Notes: generated by a model not told the origin, from the sequence alone. Positions 38,078 through 48,385 are shown, numbered from the stretch's first letter. The stretch: 64,000 bases of DNA from an uncultured Bacteroidales bacterium (GCA_963823285.1 CAWGKX010000008.1:85851-149850); one strand, 5' to 3'. Numbers and translations are program-made.

Positions 38078-39877
38078 ATGGCCAAATATCAACCATTCAA
38101 TTTCAGGGAAGCAGAAAAGAAAAAGATCACACGGGAAGGTATCAGGAGGCTCTATCGCCTGTTTCGTTTCGTAGGGCCCCAAAAATACACCTTTGTTGCC
38201 GGGATGGTATTTCTTATTTTTTCCACCCTGACAACTCTTGTTTTTCCGATGCTTATCGGTGAATTGCTGGATTCCGCCAAAAATGGCACCCTGGAGAAAA
38301 TTAACCAGTTAGGGTTGATCCTGATCGTCGCCTTCCTTGCAAATGCTGTATTCTCCTATTTCCGGATCTACCTGTTTGCCGTTGTCTCCCAGAAAACTCT
38401 GGCATTGCTCAGGCAAACCACTTATAATCACCTGATAAAACTGCCTATGTCATTTTTTTCGAGCAGGCGGGTCGGGGAATTGAACAGCAGGATTTCGGCA
38501 GATATCGCCATGTTGCAGGAAACTTTCACTACGACTCTCGCCCAGTTTGTGCGACAGGTCATCACCATTGTCGGGGGCATCGCACTGCTTACCTATATTT
38601 CACCAAGACTGACAGTTTTCATGCTGATGCTTATACCGGTTGTAGCTGTTGTGGCCAGGGTATTCGGTACTTACATCAGGAAACTTTCCAAACAGGCCCA
38701 GACATTTATAGCCGATTCAAATACTGTCGTAGAAGAGACTCTACAGGCTATCGCCAGCGTGAAGGCATTTGCCAACGAGGCTTTTGAGATCATGAGGTAC
38801 AGGAAAAAAACGGATGAAGTGGTCAGGGTCTCATTAATCAGCGCCCGATGGAGGGGATTATTCGTTTCGTTCATCGTTTTCGCATTATTCGGTTCCATCA
38901 TCGGCGTGATATGGTATGGCGTTTACATGATCAACCAGGGCGTGGGGCTTTCAACCGGGGATTTGCTGAAGTTTGTCCTTTACTCCGTGTTTATAGCAGG
39001 ATCGATCAGCGGTGTGGCCGATTTATACTCCGACATCCAGAAATCAATCGGCGCTACCGAGAACCTGCTCGATATCCTTGATGAAACTACTGAACCTTTG
39101 TCACTAAATGCTATAGATAAATCCGGTTCATTTTCAGGGGACGTAAGTTTTGAGCATGTCTCCTTTTCTTACCCGTCACGCAAAGACCTGACCGTATTGA
39201 GAGATATTAATTTTACCGTACAGAAAGGAGAGCAAGTGGCGCTGGTCGGACCGTCAGGAGCGGGGAAAAGCACTATCGGCGCTCTTTTGCTGAGGTTTTA
39301 CGATCCTGTCGGAGGCAATATCCTTATCGACGGGAAGGATGCCCGGGAGTACGATCTGACGCTGCTTCGCGGCAACATGGCGATAGTGCCGCAGGAGGTA
39401 TTGCTTTTTGGCGGGACTATCAGGGAGAATATTGAATATGGCAAACCCGGGGCGACTGAAGAAGAGATCCTGATGGCTGCAGAACAGGCCAACGCCATGG
39501 AATTCATCGGCAAATTCCCTGAGGGCCTGGAAACCCTGGTCGGAGAAAGAGGCGTGCAGCTATCCGGCGGTCAAAGGCAGCGTATTGCCATTGCGCGGGC
39601 TATTCTGAAGAACCCGGCTATTTTGATCCTCGATGAAGCAACCAGTTCGCTGGATTCCGAAAATGAGCGATTGGTGCAGGAAGCCCTCGAAAAGTTGATG
39701 GTCGGACGCACCTCTATCGTGATCGCACACCGTCTGTCGACCATTCATAATGCAGATAAGATTATTGTGATCGACCAGGGCGAAGTGAAGGAAATGGGAA
39801 CGCATGAGGAACTGCTGGCGATGAAAGACGGAATCTACCGGCAGCTTACTAAATTGCAGATTAATGTGATAGCGTGA
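38078..39877 (+). CDS. ABC exporter (MsbA/MdlB-like fused TMD-NBD)
   Basis: TM block, GPSGAGKST, LSGGQRQR, LDEATS. Confidence 0.93.
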   Translation: MAKYQPFNFREAEKKKITREGIRRLYRLFRFVGPQKYTFVAGMVFLIFSTLTTLVFPMLIGELLDSAKNGTLEKINQLGLILIVAFLANAVFSYFRIYLFAVVSQKTLALLRQTTYNHLIKLPMSFFSSRRVGELNSRISADIAMLQETFTTTLAQFVRQVITIVGGIALLTYISPRLTVFMLMLIPVVAVVARVFGTYIRKLSKQAQTFIADSNTVVEETLQAIASVKAFANEAFEIMRYRKKTDEVVRVSLISARWRGLFVSFIVFALFGSIIGVIWYGVYMINQGVGLSTGDLLKFVLYSVFIAGSISGVADLYSDIQKSIGATENLLDILDETTEPLSLNAIDKSGSFSGDVSFEHVSFSYPSRKDLTVLRDINFTVQKGEQVALVGPSGAGKSTIGALLLRFYDPVGGNILIDGKDAREYDLTLLRGNMAIVPQEVLLFGGTIRENIEYGKPGATEEEILMAAEQANAMEFIGKFPEGLETLVGERGVQLSGGQRQRIAIARAILKNPAILILDEATSSLDSENERLVQEALEKLMVGRTSIVIAHRLSTIHNADKIIVIDQGEVKEMGTHEELLAMKDGIYRQLTKLQINVIA

Positions 39878-39972
39878 ACTCAGTTGGACAATTGGACAGT
39901 TGTCCAATCAGTGTATAATCTGTGCTCATCAGTGTAATCTGTGGTGAATTTTTATGTACCTTTCACCACGTA

Positions 39973-41322
39973 ATGAGAAATCACCCGGGTATAATCCTGC
40001 TGTTTCTGACATTTATTCTTATTCCTCTCATCGCATTCCCGCAGGAGGATACGGCGAAGTTCAAGCCCAAAAAGAGATACAATTATCCCATTTTCCCGGT
40101 CGTGGCCTATGATGCCGACCAGGGATTCCAGTACGGCATTACGGCTAATTTCTATGACTACGGCGACAGGAGCAAATATCCCGAATACAGGTATATGCTG
40201 AAAACCGAGATCTCCAGGTTCACGAAAGGCTCAGGGGTAAACCAGCTATTTTATGATTCGAAGTATCTTATTCCCGGTCATATTCGCCTTACGGCGGATG
40301 TGAGCTACCTGACCGAGAAAGCGCTGGATTTTTATGGGTTTAACGGTTACCAGGCTGTCTACAACCCGCAGTGGGAGGATGACCAGGACAATGCTTATAT
40401 CACCAGGGTGTTTTACCGCATGGAGCGAAAATTGTTCCGATTCACCTGCGATTTCCAGGGACAGATCATCGGTGACAGGCTGCGCTGGCTGGCCGGCCTG
40501 GGGATCATGAATTTCAAGACAGGCACGGTTGATATTAGCCGGCTGAATAAAGGCAAAGAAGAGGGAAAACTGCTGCCGGATACCGCCACGCTTTACGATA
40601 AATATGTCGAATGGGAAATCATCCCTGCCAGCGAGAAGAAAGGCGGAAACGCAAACTTTATCAAGGCGGGATTTATTTTCGACACCCGTGACAATGAGCC
40701 AAGCCCGATGAAGGGCTTATGGGATGAAATCCTGCTGGCCTACGCGCCCAATTTCCTTTTCAATCAAAATAACTCATTCTTAAAGCTGATCGTTATCCAC
40801 CGTCAGTACTTCACCCTGGTAAAGAAGAAACTTTCCTTTGCTTACCGTTTGGGCTATCAGGGAACTATCGCGGGCCATACGCCCTATTATTTTCAGCCCT
40901 ATATGCTGAGCTCATTTTCTTATATAACCAAGCCTGACGGGCTGGGAGGCGCGAAGACCATCCGTGGCGTCCTCAGGGACCGGGCAGTCGGCGATGGAGT
41001 TGCCTGGGGAAATATTGAATTCCGGTGGAGGATTATAAATTTCGTAGTCGCAAAGCAAAATTTCTACATTGGAATGGTGGCTTTTGCAGATGCTGGTCTT
41101 GTGGTACAGCAGGTTGATTTCAACCGGGATAAGATCGTTACTGATGATATTTCGGATTATTTCGACTTTTCCTATGACTATGACAGGCTTCATCCGGGGG
41201 CAGGTATAGGAATCAGGCTTGCCTGGAACGAGAATTTCATCGTCACTTTCGATTACGGTTTTGCTATGGACAGAAAAGACGGGGCCAGCGGGTTATATAT
41301 CGCCTTCGGTAATATGTTCTGA
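39973..41322 (+). CDS. BamA/TamA (Omp85) family outer-membrane protein
   Basis: Signal peptide, DTRDNE, GGAKTIRG, C-terminal aromatic residue. Confidence 0.8.
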   Translation: MRNHPGIILLFLTFILIPLIAFPQEDTAKFKPKKRYNYPIFPVVAYDADQGFQYGITANFYDYGDRSKYPEYRYMLKTEISRFTKGSGVNQLFYDSKYLIPGHIRLTADVSYLTEKALDFYGFNGYQAVYNPQWEDDQDNAYITRVFYRMERKLFRFTCDFQGQIIGDRLRWLAGLGIMNFKTGTVDISRLNKGKEEGKLLPDTATLYDKYVEWEIIPASEKKGGNANFIKAGFIFDTRDNEPSPMKGLWDEILLAYAPNFLFNQNNSFLKLIVIHRQYFTLVKKKLSFAYRLGYQGTIAGHTPYYFQPYMLSSFSYITKPDGLGGAKTIRGVLRDRAVGDGVAWGNIEFRWRIINFVVAKQNFYIGMVAFADAGLVVQQVDFNRDKIVTDDISDYFDFSYDYDRLHPGAGIGIRLAWNENFIVTFDYGFAMDRKDGASGLYIAFGNMF

Positions 41323-42009
41323 ATGATATCCGATAAGAAAGAAAAGCAGAAAAAGCATAATCAATGCTATCACCGGTACCAGCCAGTTCGCCAGCTTCAG
41401 CCACCAGATGATCCTGAGGAAGCTTTTCCTGTCGTTCTTATTAGGAAATGGCCTGCCTTTGGGAACCGGGACACCGAGAAAATCGCATAACGGCTTCCAT
41501 CCCTCCTTCACATTAAAGACCAGGAGCTTTTCCGGCGGGACGGTGGCTTTCACCTCTTCTATCCATGCCTTGTAAACTTCTATGGTTTTCTCCCGGTCGT
41601 TGAAGACTCCCTGCAGGTTGCCGTTCCAGATGATCTCATCGTGTATGGTCGTCATAATCCGGGGGAACCACCAGGGAAATGCCGGGACAATAGTATGGAT
41701 AGTATCTTTCATGCTGTCGTACCAGTCCTCCGGTTCACGGACATTGAGCAGGACCCGGGCATCGGGATATTCGGCCATGAGCTGTTTGTAGAACGAGCAT
41801 GTCGGCCAGTCGACTGCTGAATTGTAGCGCCTGTAAAATCTCTTCCAGTTTACTTTTTTCCCACGCCAGGCGCGAAGGAAGAATCTCAGGTGATCGTACC
41901 TGAAAAGCGTGATCTTCATATGGTAACACGGGCCGAAGCCAAGCTGGTCCAGTGCTGCCTTGATGGACATGGTACCCGTTCTGCCGAAGCCTGCTCCGAT
42001 TAGTTTCAT
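41293..42009 (-). CDS. Sulfotransferase-family protein
   Basis: GAGFGRTGTMS, CYHM, AVDWP, GWKPLCDFLG; C-terminal TM. Confidence 0.85.
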   Translation of the reverse strand: MKLIGAGFGRTGTMSIKAALDQLGFGPCYHMKITLFRYDHLRFFLRAWRGKKVNWKRFYRRYNSAVDWPTCSFYKQLMAEYPDARVLLNVREPEDWYDSMKDTIHTIVPAFPWWFPRIMTTIHDEIIWNGNLQGVFNDREKTIEVYKAWIEEVKATVPPEKLLVFNVKEGWKPLCDFLGVPVPKGRPFPNKNDRKSFLRIIWWLKLANWLVPVIALIMLFLLFFLIGYHSEHITEGDI

Positions 42010-42019
42010 GATGTTTATT

Positions 42020-42116
42020 ATCCGCGTAAATCCGCTGCAACTTGGCCGCCCACTGGCGGATCCGCGTAAATCCGCGTTCCATTAATGGCACGCGGATGAC
42101 GCGGATTTTTGCGGAT
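42020..42116. repeat. Palindromic nonamer-array element (ATCCGCG / CGCGGAT), copy 1
   Basis: Centre ATCCGCGTTCCATTAATGGCACGCGGAT. Confidence 0.8.
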
Positions 42117-42133
42117 ATTTATTGTCAATTGAT

Positions 42134-43180
42134 CTAACTTTTATTTGACTTGTAATAATCAATTGTTCTTTCAAGTGCCTCTTCTGGGCTGTATTTCGGT
42201 TCAAAACCGAAATCTTTCTTCGCTTTATCGGAATTGTAAGTGTAGTCGGTACAGGTATAGATCACAGCAAACCTGCTGAATTTAGGATTAACGAACTTTA
42301 CCGGCCGGATCAGCCAGGCAGAGAATTCCGTCAAGCTGGCCATTCCAAGGGCTATATTTCTTGGTATCCATAAGTTTTTCGGCCAGATTTTGTAACCCGC
42401 TCCTTCGACCACCCTGTCGAAAAATTTGAAAAAGTTGGCTCCCGGACCATCCGTGATAAAATAAACCTTCCCTTCGATTTGTGAAACTCCGTTCATCAGA
42501 GCACGGGCCGCCTGCAGGTGAGCATGCGCCATGTTTCCCACGTAAACATGCTGGCACCTGGCTTTCCCGTTGCCCAGCCTTACATAAAAACCCCCTCTGG
42601 CCATATCGACAAGTGAATCGATATGATATGGATCAGCTTCGCCATAAATATCCGACGGCCGCAAGGTTACGGTCTTGAGATGCTCATTACTGGCCTTCAT
42701 CACAACCTGCTCGGCCAGGCACTTGCTGCGGCAGTACGAAGTCCGGTGCTTCTCAGGATATGGATGGCTTTCGTCAATGTCGATCAAGGGCTTGCCGCCG
42801 TATACCGCATCCAGGGAACTGGTAAATACCAGGTATCGGATGTTGTTAAGCCTGCACGCTTCGATCACGTTTTCGGTCCCGGTCAGATTGGCGGCCAAAA
42901 CTTCCTCCTCCGAATAAATACCCCAATCTATTATGGCGGCAGAATGGATTACCAGGTCAATGCCCCGGCAGGCAGTCTTCAGGGCGTCCAAATCCCGCAC
43001 GTCGCCCCTGAAAAATTCGATCCGGTCGTCAGAAGTCTTATCCGGCGTTTCCTTCAGGTCGAAATTCCTGATCAATGAAGCTCTTACAGGTGAGTCGGGT
43101 AAACACAGTTCACTAATGATGGCATTCCCTAAAAACCCTGATCCTCCTGTCACCAGGACGTTAGTTTGTTCGTTTTCCAT
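42134..43180 (-). CDS. 3-beta-hydroxysteroid dehydrogenase/isomerase-like extended SDR
   Basis: TGGSGFLG, FTSS, YCRSK, LRPSDIYG, VYVGNMAHAH. Confidence 0.85.
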   Translation of the reverse strand: MENEQTNVLVTGGSGFLGNAIISELCLPDSPVRASLIRNFDLKETPDKTSDDRIEFFRGDVRDLDALKTACRGIDLVIHSAAIIDWGIYSEEEVLAANLTGTENVIEACRLNNIRYLVFTSSLDAVYGGKPLIDIDESHPYPEKHRTSYCRSKCLAEQVVMKASNEHLKTVTLRPSDIYGEADPYHIDSLVDMARGGFYVRLGNGKARCQHVYVGNMAHAHLQAARALMNGVSQIEGKVYFITDGPGANFFKFFDRVVEGAGYKIWPKNLWIPRNIALGMASLTEFSAWLIRPVKFVNPKFSRFAVIYTCTDYTYNSDKAKKDFGFEPKYSPEEALERTIDYYKSNKS

Positions 43181-43226
43181 GAGATTCTATACAGTAAAAT
43201 TGAAATAATTTGCTTTTCTTCTTATT

Positions 43227-43313
43227 AATCCGCGTTGATCCGCTTAAATCCGTGTCATCCGCGTTCTATTATGGCACGCGGATTTTCGCTGATGCGACGG
43301 ATTTACGCGGATT
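43227..43313. repeat. Palindromic nonamer-array element, copy 2
   Basis: Centre ATCCGCGTTCTATTATGGCACGCGGAT. Confidence 0.8.
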
Positions 43314-43375
43314 ATTTTTCAAAGGAACATTTTTTATCTTTACTTGAGATTTCATCTTGCAAAGAAACAAAGATT

Positions 43376-44049
43376 ATGAGAAAAGAGATGTACCTCATCC
43401 GGGGAATTGATAAAGAAGATTATCTCCAGTTCACTGCACGTATACTCAAAACAGCCAAAACAACCGCCAGGCTTGTCAAACCGGATGGACTGAAAGTCAC
43501 GCTTACCCAGCAGCTTCCTCCGGCAATTTCGATCATACCTTTTAAAAAGAGCAAACTTGCCGTTTTTTCCGTTTATAGGGAAGATCAAGGCGTCTATAGC
43601 ATGTTACAGGAGCTTCTGAAGGATTTTCCGGGGCATTTAAAGTCGATGAAGCACTGCCCGTATCGTATGAAAAGACATGGGCTGATGGTGAGCCTACCCC
43701 CGGCGCCTGCCTGCTGACCCTTTTCCACCGGAAACCCGGCATTAATTACGATCAATTTATCGAACGCTGGCATAATGGCCATACTCCCCTGTCACTCAAG
43801 CTTCATCCATTATGGAGCTATAACCGGAATGTGGTCCTGCAAAAGCTTTGTGACCGTCCTTACTGGTATGACGGCATTGTAGAAGAACAGACACGGACAC
43901 GGCGGGAACTGCTTAACCCCTTTAAATTCTTTGGCAATGGTTTTGAAATAATCGGACACATGATATCGGTTTATAATGACACCAGATCTTTCCTGGATTA
44001 TAAAAGGATCGAGACTTACCTGGCGACGGAGTATCACATTGTGAGCTGA
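43376..44049 (+). CDS. EthD-domain protein (apparent -1 frameshift near 43600-43612)
   Basis: Second frame reads LFHRKPGINYDQFIERWHNGHTPL...YNRNVV...YDGIVEE. Confidence 0.65.
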
Positions 44050-44070
44050 TAACTGATAATACATTTTCCT

Positions 44071-46032
44071 ATGCAATACAAAATACTCTGGACTCCCGAC
44101 CCCGAACTGGTCAATAAATCGCAGATGCACCGGTACATGGAGTTTGTCAATGCTTATTCCGGCACAAAATTTAAGACTTATGACGAACTCTGGCTTTGGA
44201 GCGTGGAAAACATCCGGGCATTCTGGGGAACGTTCTGGCATTATAGCGGAATAAAGTACTCTGCTGACTTCGACCAGGTGGTGGATGACCCGAAGAAAAT
44301 GCCCGGTGCAAGATGGTTCCGTGGCGCCAGGCTTAATTTTGCCGAGAACATGCTTCAGCGGCGGGACGACCACCCTGCCATCATTTTCCGTGGCGAAGAC
44401 GGCTCTACCCGGACGATCTCCTTCCTGGAGCTTTACCAGGAAAGCCATCGCGTCGCTGAAGGGCTTAAACGGCTTGGCGTCGTTAAAGGCGACCGCGTGG
44501 CGGCCTTCATGCCCAACATTCCAGAGACCGTCATCGCCATGCTGGCTGCCGCTTCCCTGGGTGCAATCTGGTCATCGACCTCCCCGGATTTCGGCATCAA
44601 AGGCGTGCTCGACCGGTTCAGCCAGATCGAGCCCAAAGTGATCTTCTCCATTGACGGTTATCTCTATAACGGCAAACATTTCGATTCGCAGGAAAAACTC
44701 CGCGGCATTCTCGGCCAGCTATTCACCATTGAAAGGGTGGTTATGGTAAACTTTACCGGGAAGCTTGATTTGGCAAGCATTCCAAAAGCCATATCCTGGG
44801 AAGAGCTTGCACAGCCTGTCAAAGGAGAGATGGAATTCGTCCAGCTCCCGTTCGAACATCCGCTATATATCATGTATTCATCCGGCACAACGGGCCTTCC
44901 GAAAAGCATCGTCCATTCCGCCGGCGGCACCCTGATCCAGCACCTCAAGGAACTAAAGCTGCATTGCGATGTCCGCCCGGACGACCGGGTGTTCTATTTC
45001 ACAACCTGCGGCTGGATGATGTGGAACTGGTTCGTGAGCAGCCTCGCCCTCGGCGCTACCATCGTCTGCTTCGACGGAAACCCTTTCTATCCCAAACCTG
45101 ATGCCCTCATCAGGCTGTCGGACGAACTGAAATTCACCCTGTTCGGCACCAGCGCGAAATATATAGCTTCGTTGCAGCAGGCAGGGGTGCGGCCAATCCT
45201 GGAAGAGACGCAAAATATTGCGTCTCTGAAATATGCGAACCTGCGCGTCATCACATCCACCGGATCGCCCCTGTCGGATGAATCCTTCGAATATGTTTAC
45301 AACGACTGGAAACGGGATGTCCAGCTTTCCTCCATCTCGGGCGGTACGGACATAATTTCGTGCTTCATGCTGGGCAGCCCGATGCTGCCGGTCTACCGGG
45401 GCGAGATACAGTGCCGCGGGCTCGGGATGGACGTCGATTGCTTTGACGAAAGCGGCAAACCGGTCATCGATAAGCAGGGAGAGCTGGTATGCAAATCCGC
45501 ATTCCCTTCCATGCCCATTTATTTCTGGAATGATCCGAACGGGAAGAAATACCATGGCGCCTATTTTGAAAATTTCCCGGGCATCTGGTGCCACGGCGAT
45601 TACATGGTGCTCAGCCCGCACGGCGGGATCACGATGCTGGGCAGGTCGGACGCAACGCTGAATCCCGGCGGGGTCCGGATCGGAACATCCGAGATTTACC
45701 GGGTCGTCGAAAATATGGAAGAAATCGAAGATTCCGTGGTTGTCGGACAGCAGTTTGAAGGCGACGAGCGCGTGGTGCTCTTTGTAAAAATGAAAACAGG
45801 ATTTGAATTAAATGACGATCTGATCAAAAAAATAAAAAACAATATCCGTTCACAATGCAGCCCAAGGCATGTTCCCGCCATTGTCCTCACCACGCCGGAC
45901 GTACCTTATACTATTAACGGGAAAAAAGTTGAAGTCGCCGTAAAAAAGCTCATCCACGGGCAGGAAGTCAAGAACCGCGATGCGCTCAGGAACCCGGAGT
46001 GCCTGGAGTACTTCAGGACTGTAAGACTATAG
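44071..46032 (+). CDS. Acetoacetate--CoA ligase
   Basis: YSSGTTGLPKSIVH, TTCGWMMWNW, SISGGTD, GRSDATLNPGGVRIG, NGKKVE. Confidence 0.92.
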   Translation: MQYKILWTPDPELVNKSQMHRYMEFVNAYSGTKFKTYDELWLWSVENIRAFWGTFWHYSGIKYSADFDQVVDDPKKMPGARWFRGARLNFAENMLQRRDDHPAIIFRGEDGSTRTISFLELYQESHRVAEGLKRLGVVKGDRVAAFMPNIPETVIAMLAAASLGAIWSSTSPDFGIKGVLDRFSQIEPKVIFSIDGYLYNGKHFDSQEKLRGILGQLFTIERVVMVNFTGKLDLASIPKAISWEELAQPVKGEMEFVQLPFEHPLYIMYSSGTTGLPKSIVHSAGGTLIQHLKELKLHCDVRPDDRVFYFTTCGWMMWNWFVSSLALGATIVCFDGNPFYPKPDALIRLSDELKFTLFGTSAKYIASLQQAGVRPILEETQNIASLKYANLRVITSTGSPLSDESFEYVYNDWKRDVQLSSISGGTDIISCFMLGSPMLPVYRGEIQCRGLGMDVDCFDESGKPVIDKQGELVCKSAFPSMPIYFWNDPNGKKYHGAYFENFPGIWCHGDYMVLSPHGGITMLGRSDATLNPGGVRIGTSEIYRVVENMEEIEDSVVVGQQFEGDERVVLFVKMKTGFELNDDLIKKIKNNIRSQCSPRHVPAIVLTTPDVPYTINGKKVEVAVKKLIHGQEVKNRDALRNPECLEYFRTVRL

Positions 46033-46180
46033 GACTGTAGGACTGTAGGACTGTAGTACTGTAGGACTGTAGGACGGGAAGACTGTAAGACTGTAGGACT
46101 GTAGGACTGTAGGACTGTAGGACGGGAAGACGGTTTGGCGGTCGGCTAACTGGGAACTGCGAACTGCGAACTGCGAACTG
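46016..46180. repeat. GGACTGTA octamer array followed by AACTGCG heptamer array
   Basis: About 14 octamer units; the array contains the ligase stop codon. Confidence 0.9.
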
Positions 46181-46233
46181 AATTTTACTTTTCCTTATCT
46201 TCATCGTATTATTAATGAAGCCTGAATCATTTT

Positions 46234-46785
46234 ATGCTTACTGAACAGAGGAAGATCATTGAAAAAGTCAGGAACGGCGACAAAGATGCGTTCCGGAAGA
46301 TCGTGGAAGAATACCGGCAGCATGCGTTCAGCGTTGCTTTCCGGATTGTCTGCGATGAGGAGGAAGCAAGAGATGTTGTTCAGGACAGCTTCATCAAGGT
46401 CTGGCAGAAAATAGGAACATACGACATGGAACAGAATTTTTCATCATGGCTCAGAAGGGTAATCGTCAACACCGCAATCGACAGGCTCAGGCAGATGAGG
46501 AAAATAAGGCTGATACGTCTCGAAGAGGTGATTCCGGTAATCGACAGGCTGAACCTGGCTAGCGCCGAAACAGTGCTCGATAATGCCGAAAATGCCCTAT
46601 TCATAAGCTGGCTGGCGGAAGGGCTGCCCGAGAAGCAAAGACTGGTCTTCGTTCTGCGTGACCTGGAAGGAATCGAATCCCCGGAAGTATGCGGTATACT
46701 TAATATGCAGGAAACATCAGTAAAAAGTAACCTATATCATGCCCGGCTGGCTATCCGGGAAAAATTGCAAAAAGCGACCAAATGA
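46234..46785 (+). CDS. ECF sigma factor
   Basis: DVVQDSFIKVW, FSSWL, SVKSNLYHAR. Confidence 0.92.
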   Translation: MLTEQRKIIEKVRNGDKDAFRKIVEEYRQHAFSVAFRIVCDEEEARDVVQDSFIKVWQKIGTYDMEQNFSSWLRRVIVNTAIDRLRQMRKIRLIRLEEVIPVIDRLNLASAETVLDNAENALFISWLAEGLPEKQRLVFVLRDLEGIESPEVCGILNMQETSVKSNLYHARLAIREKLQKATK

Positions 46786-47360
46786 AAGATAAAATTTTAA
46801 GACCGGAAGATGAAATTATTTATAGTCTCCGGCGCAATGAGCCCGTATTGAAAGATCCTGACGGCCTTACTGATAATATAATGGCTGTGCTCGGAGATAA
46901 AAAAACAGCAAGACTGACGACTGACGACTTGCGACTGACGACCGGCGCCAGGCAAAGGGGCAAGGCTATCATCATAATTCAAAGGCTTCTGGCTGCTGCT
47001 TCGGTCTGCCTCTTACTGGTTTTTGGCTACGAGGAGTATGTCCTGGTGGATAAGATCTCCCGCCTGGAAAAGCAAAATGCGTCAATAGCCCAATTTTCGC
47101 AATACGAGGTTGCATTAAAGCTAAATAAGGCTGTGAGTATTATCTCTTCCAAACCAGAATTGTTAAGCCAGTTCAAAGAATTTAAAACGGGAAAGATGAA
47201 TTTTCAGGCATTATTCAGGGCTGCCATGTATGCCGATGCAGCCGGCATTAATTATGAAATTCTTCAATCGCCTGAATGGAAAGATATTAAGGCGGAAAAT
47301 CCATCAATAATATCCATATTGAAACAATTCGATTCATCAAATAATAAGATACGAAGATGA
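46782..47360 (+). CDS. Putative anti-sigma factor (single TM)
   Basis: Translationally coupled to the sigma gene; P.GLTDNIM motif, AAASVCLLL TM. Confidence 0.6.
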   Translation: MKDKILRPEDEIIYSLRRNEPVLKDPDGLTDNIMAVLGDKKTARLTTDDLRLTTGARQRGKAIIIIQRLLAAASVCLLLVFGYEEYVLVDKISRLEKQNASIAQFSQYEVALKLNKAVSIISSKPELLSQFKEFKTGKMNFQALFRAAMYADAAGINYEILQSPEWKDIKAENPSIISILKQFDSSNNKIRR

Positions 47361-48385
47361 AAACGCAAAACATTCTAATATCCCTGGCCCTCGCGCTTTT
47401 GCTGGTATTCAGCGCCTGCAGGGAGGTGACAGTAAGCACGAAAGTGAACCCTGACGGGACTTTTACCCGGGTCATCACGGTAACCGGCGATTCAGCGAGT
47501 GTTTTCAGGACCGATCTGCCGTTCCCGGTCGATGATACCTGGGCGCGGACGTCGTCGAAGGATACTTCTGACAGCACGAAGTATATCGTTATATATACCA
47601 AAGCATTCAGGAACAGCGACAGGCTCAATGAAGAGATCAAAGGCGATACGAGCAAATATAAAAACCTTGAAAAAGAAATTTTTGTCACAAAAAAGTTCAG
47701 GTTTTTCTTTTCCTATATCACTTTCAAAGAAGTGTACAAATCCGTCAACCCGTTCAATCACCTGGATTACCGGAAATACCTTACCGAAGATGAAATCGGC
47801 TGGTACAGCGGAACGAAGGTGCCGGTCACCCCGGCTGACAGCCTGCACCAAAATGAAGTGGAAGATAAAGTCATAGCTTTCCTCATGGAATCAGCCATAA
47901 CAGAAGTTGATTCGATCATCCGTGAAGGAATAAAAAAGCTGAACGATCCCCGGTTAAATTCCCTTGATCTTTCTGTTTATCATGACAGTCTTTACAAAAC
48001 CCTTGATCATTTGGACTTTAATGAAGGGCCGGATTTAATTTCGCGTTATGTGAGATGGTCCGGGAATGATGCCTTTTCCCTTCTGAAAAATCAAATGCCG
48101 CCATTATTCGGGGATTTTGACAGGAAGTTGGCAAAACTGGAGACTATCGTTAAGCTTGAAGGATATTCTGAAGAAGTAGAAATGCCGGGCCTGATCACGG
48201 CGACCAATTCAGTAATGCTCAAAGGAAACCGGGTGGGCTGGGAATTCCACTTCGATCCACTGCTTATCAGGGACTACGAATTATATGCAGAATCCAGGGT
48301 GATTAACCGCTGGGCGTTTATCCTGGCAGGTTGCGTGTTGCTGGCACTGGTAGTAGTGCTGACGGTAAAAGCGGTTAGAAGGTAG
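47357..48385 (+). CDS. Hypothetical lipoprotein with C-terminal TM
   Basis: Lipobox FSAC, VNPDG, C-terminal hydrophobic helix plus RR. Confidence 0.75.
   Translation: MKTQNILISLALALLLVFSACREVTVSTKVNPDGTFTRVITVTGDSASVFRTDLPFPVDDTWARTSSKDTSDSTKYIVIYTKAFRNSDRLNEEIKGDTSKYKNLEKEIFVTKKFRFFFSYITFKEVYKSVNPFNHLDYRKYLTEDEIGWYSGTKVPVTPADSLHQNEVEDKVIAFLMESAITEVDSIIREGIKKLNDPRLNSLDLSVYHDSLYKTLDHLDFNEGPDLISRYVRWSGNDAFSLLKNQMPPLFGDFDRKLAKLETIVKLEGYSEEVEMPGLITATNSVMLKGNRVGWEFHFDPLLIRDYELYAESRVINRWAFILAGCVLLALVVVLTVKAVRR

Noticed and set aside
42086-42100. TGGCACG as a sigma54 promoter (also 43272)
   Set aside because: It is part of the palindromic repeat core; the 42086 copy has no -12 GC and precedes no plus-strand gene.
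46016-46180. Possible CRISPR array (also 52731 and 20391)
   Set aside because: Units are 7-9 bp in tandem with no unique spacers, and there are no cas genes.
46013-46204. 63-aa ORF with repeated VLQSYS
   Set aside because: Translation artefact of the octamer array.
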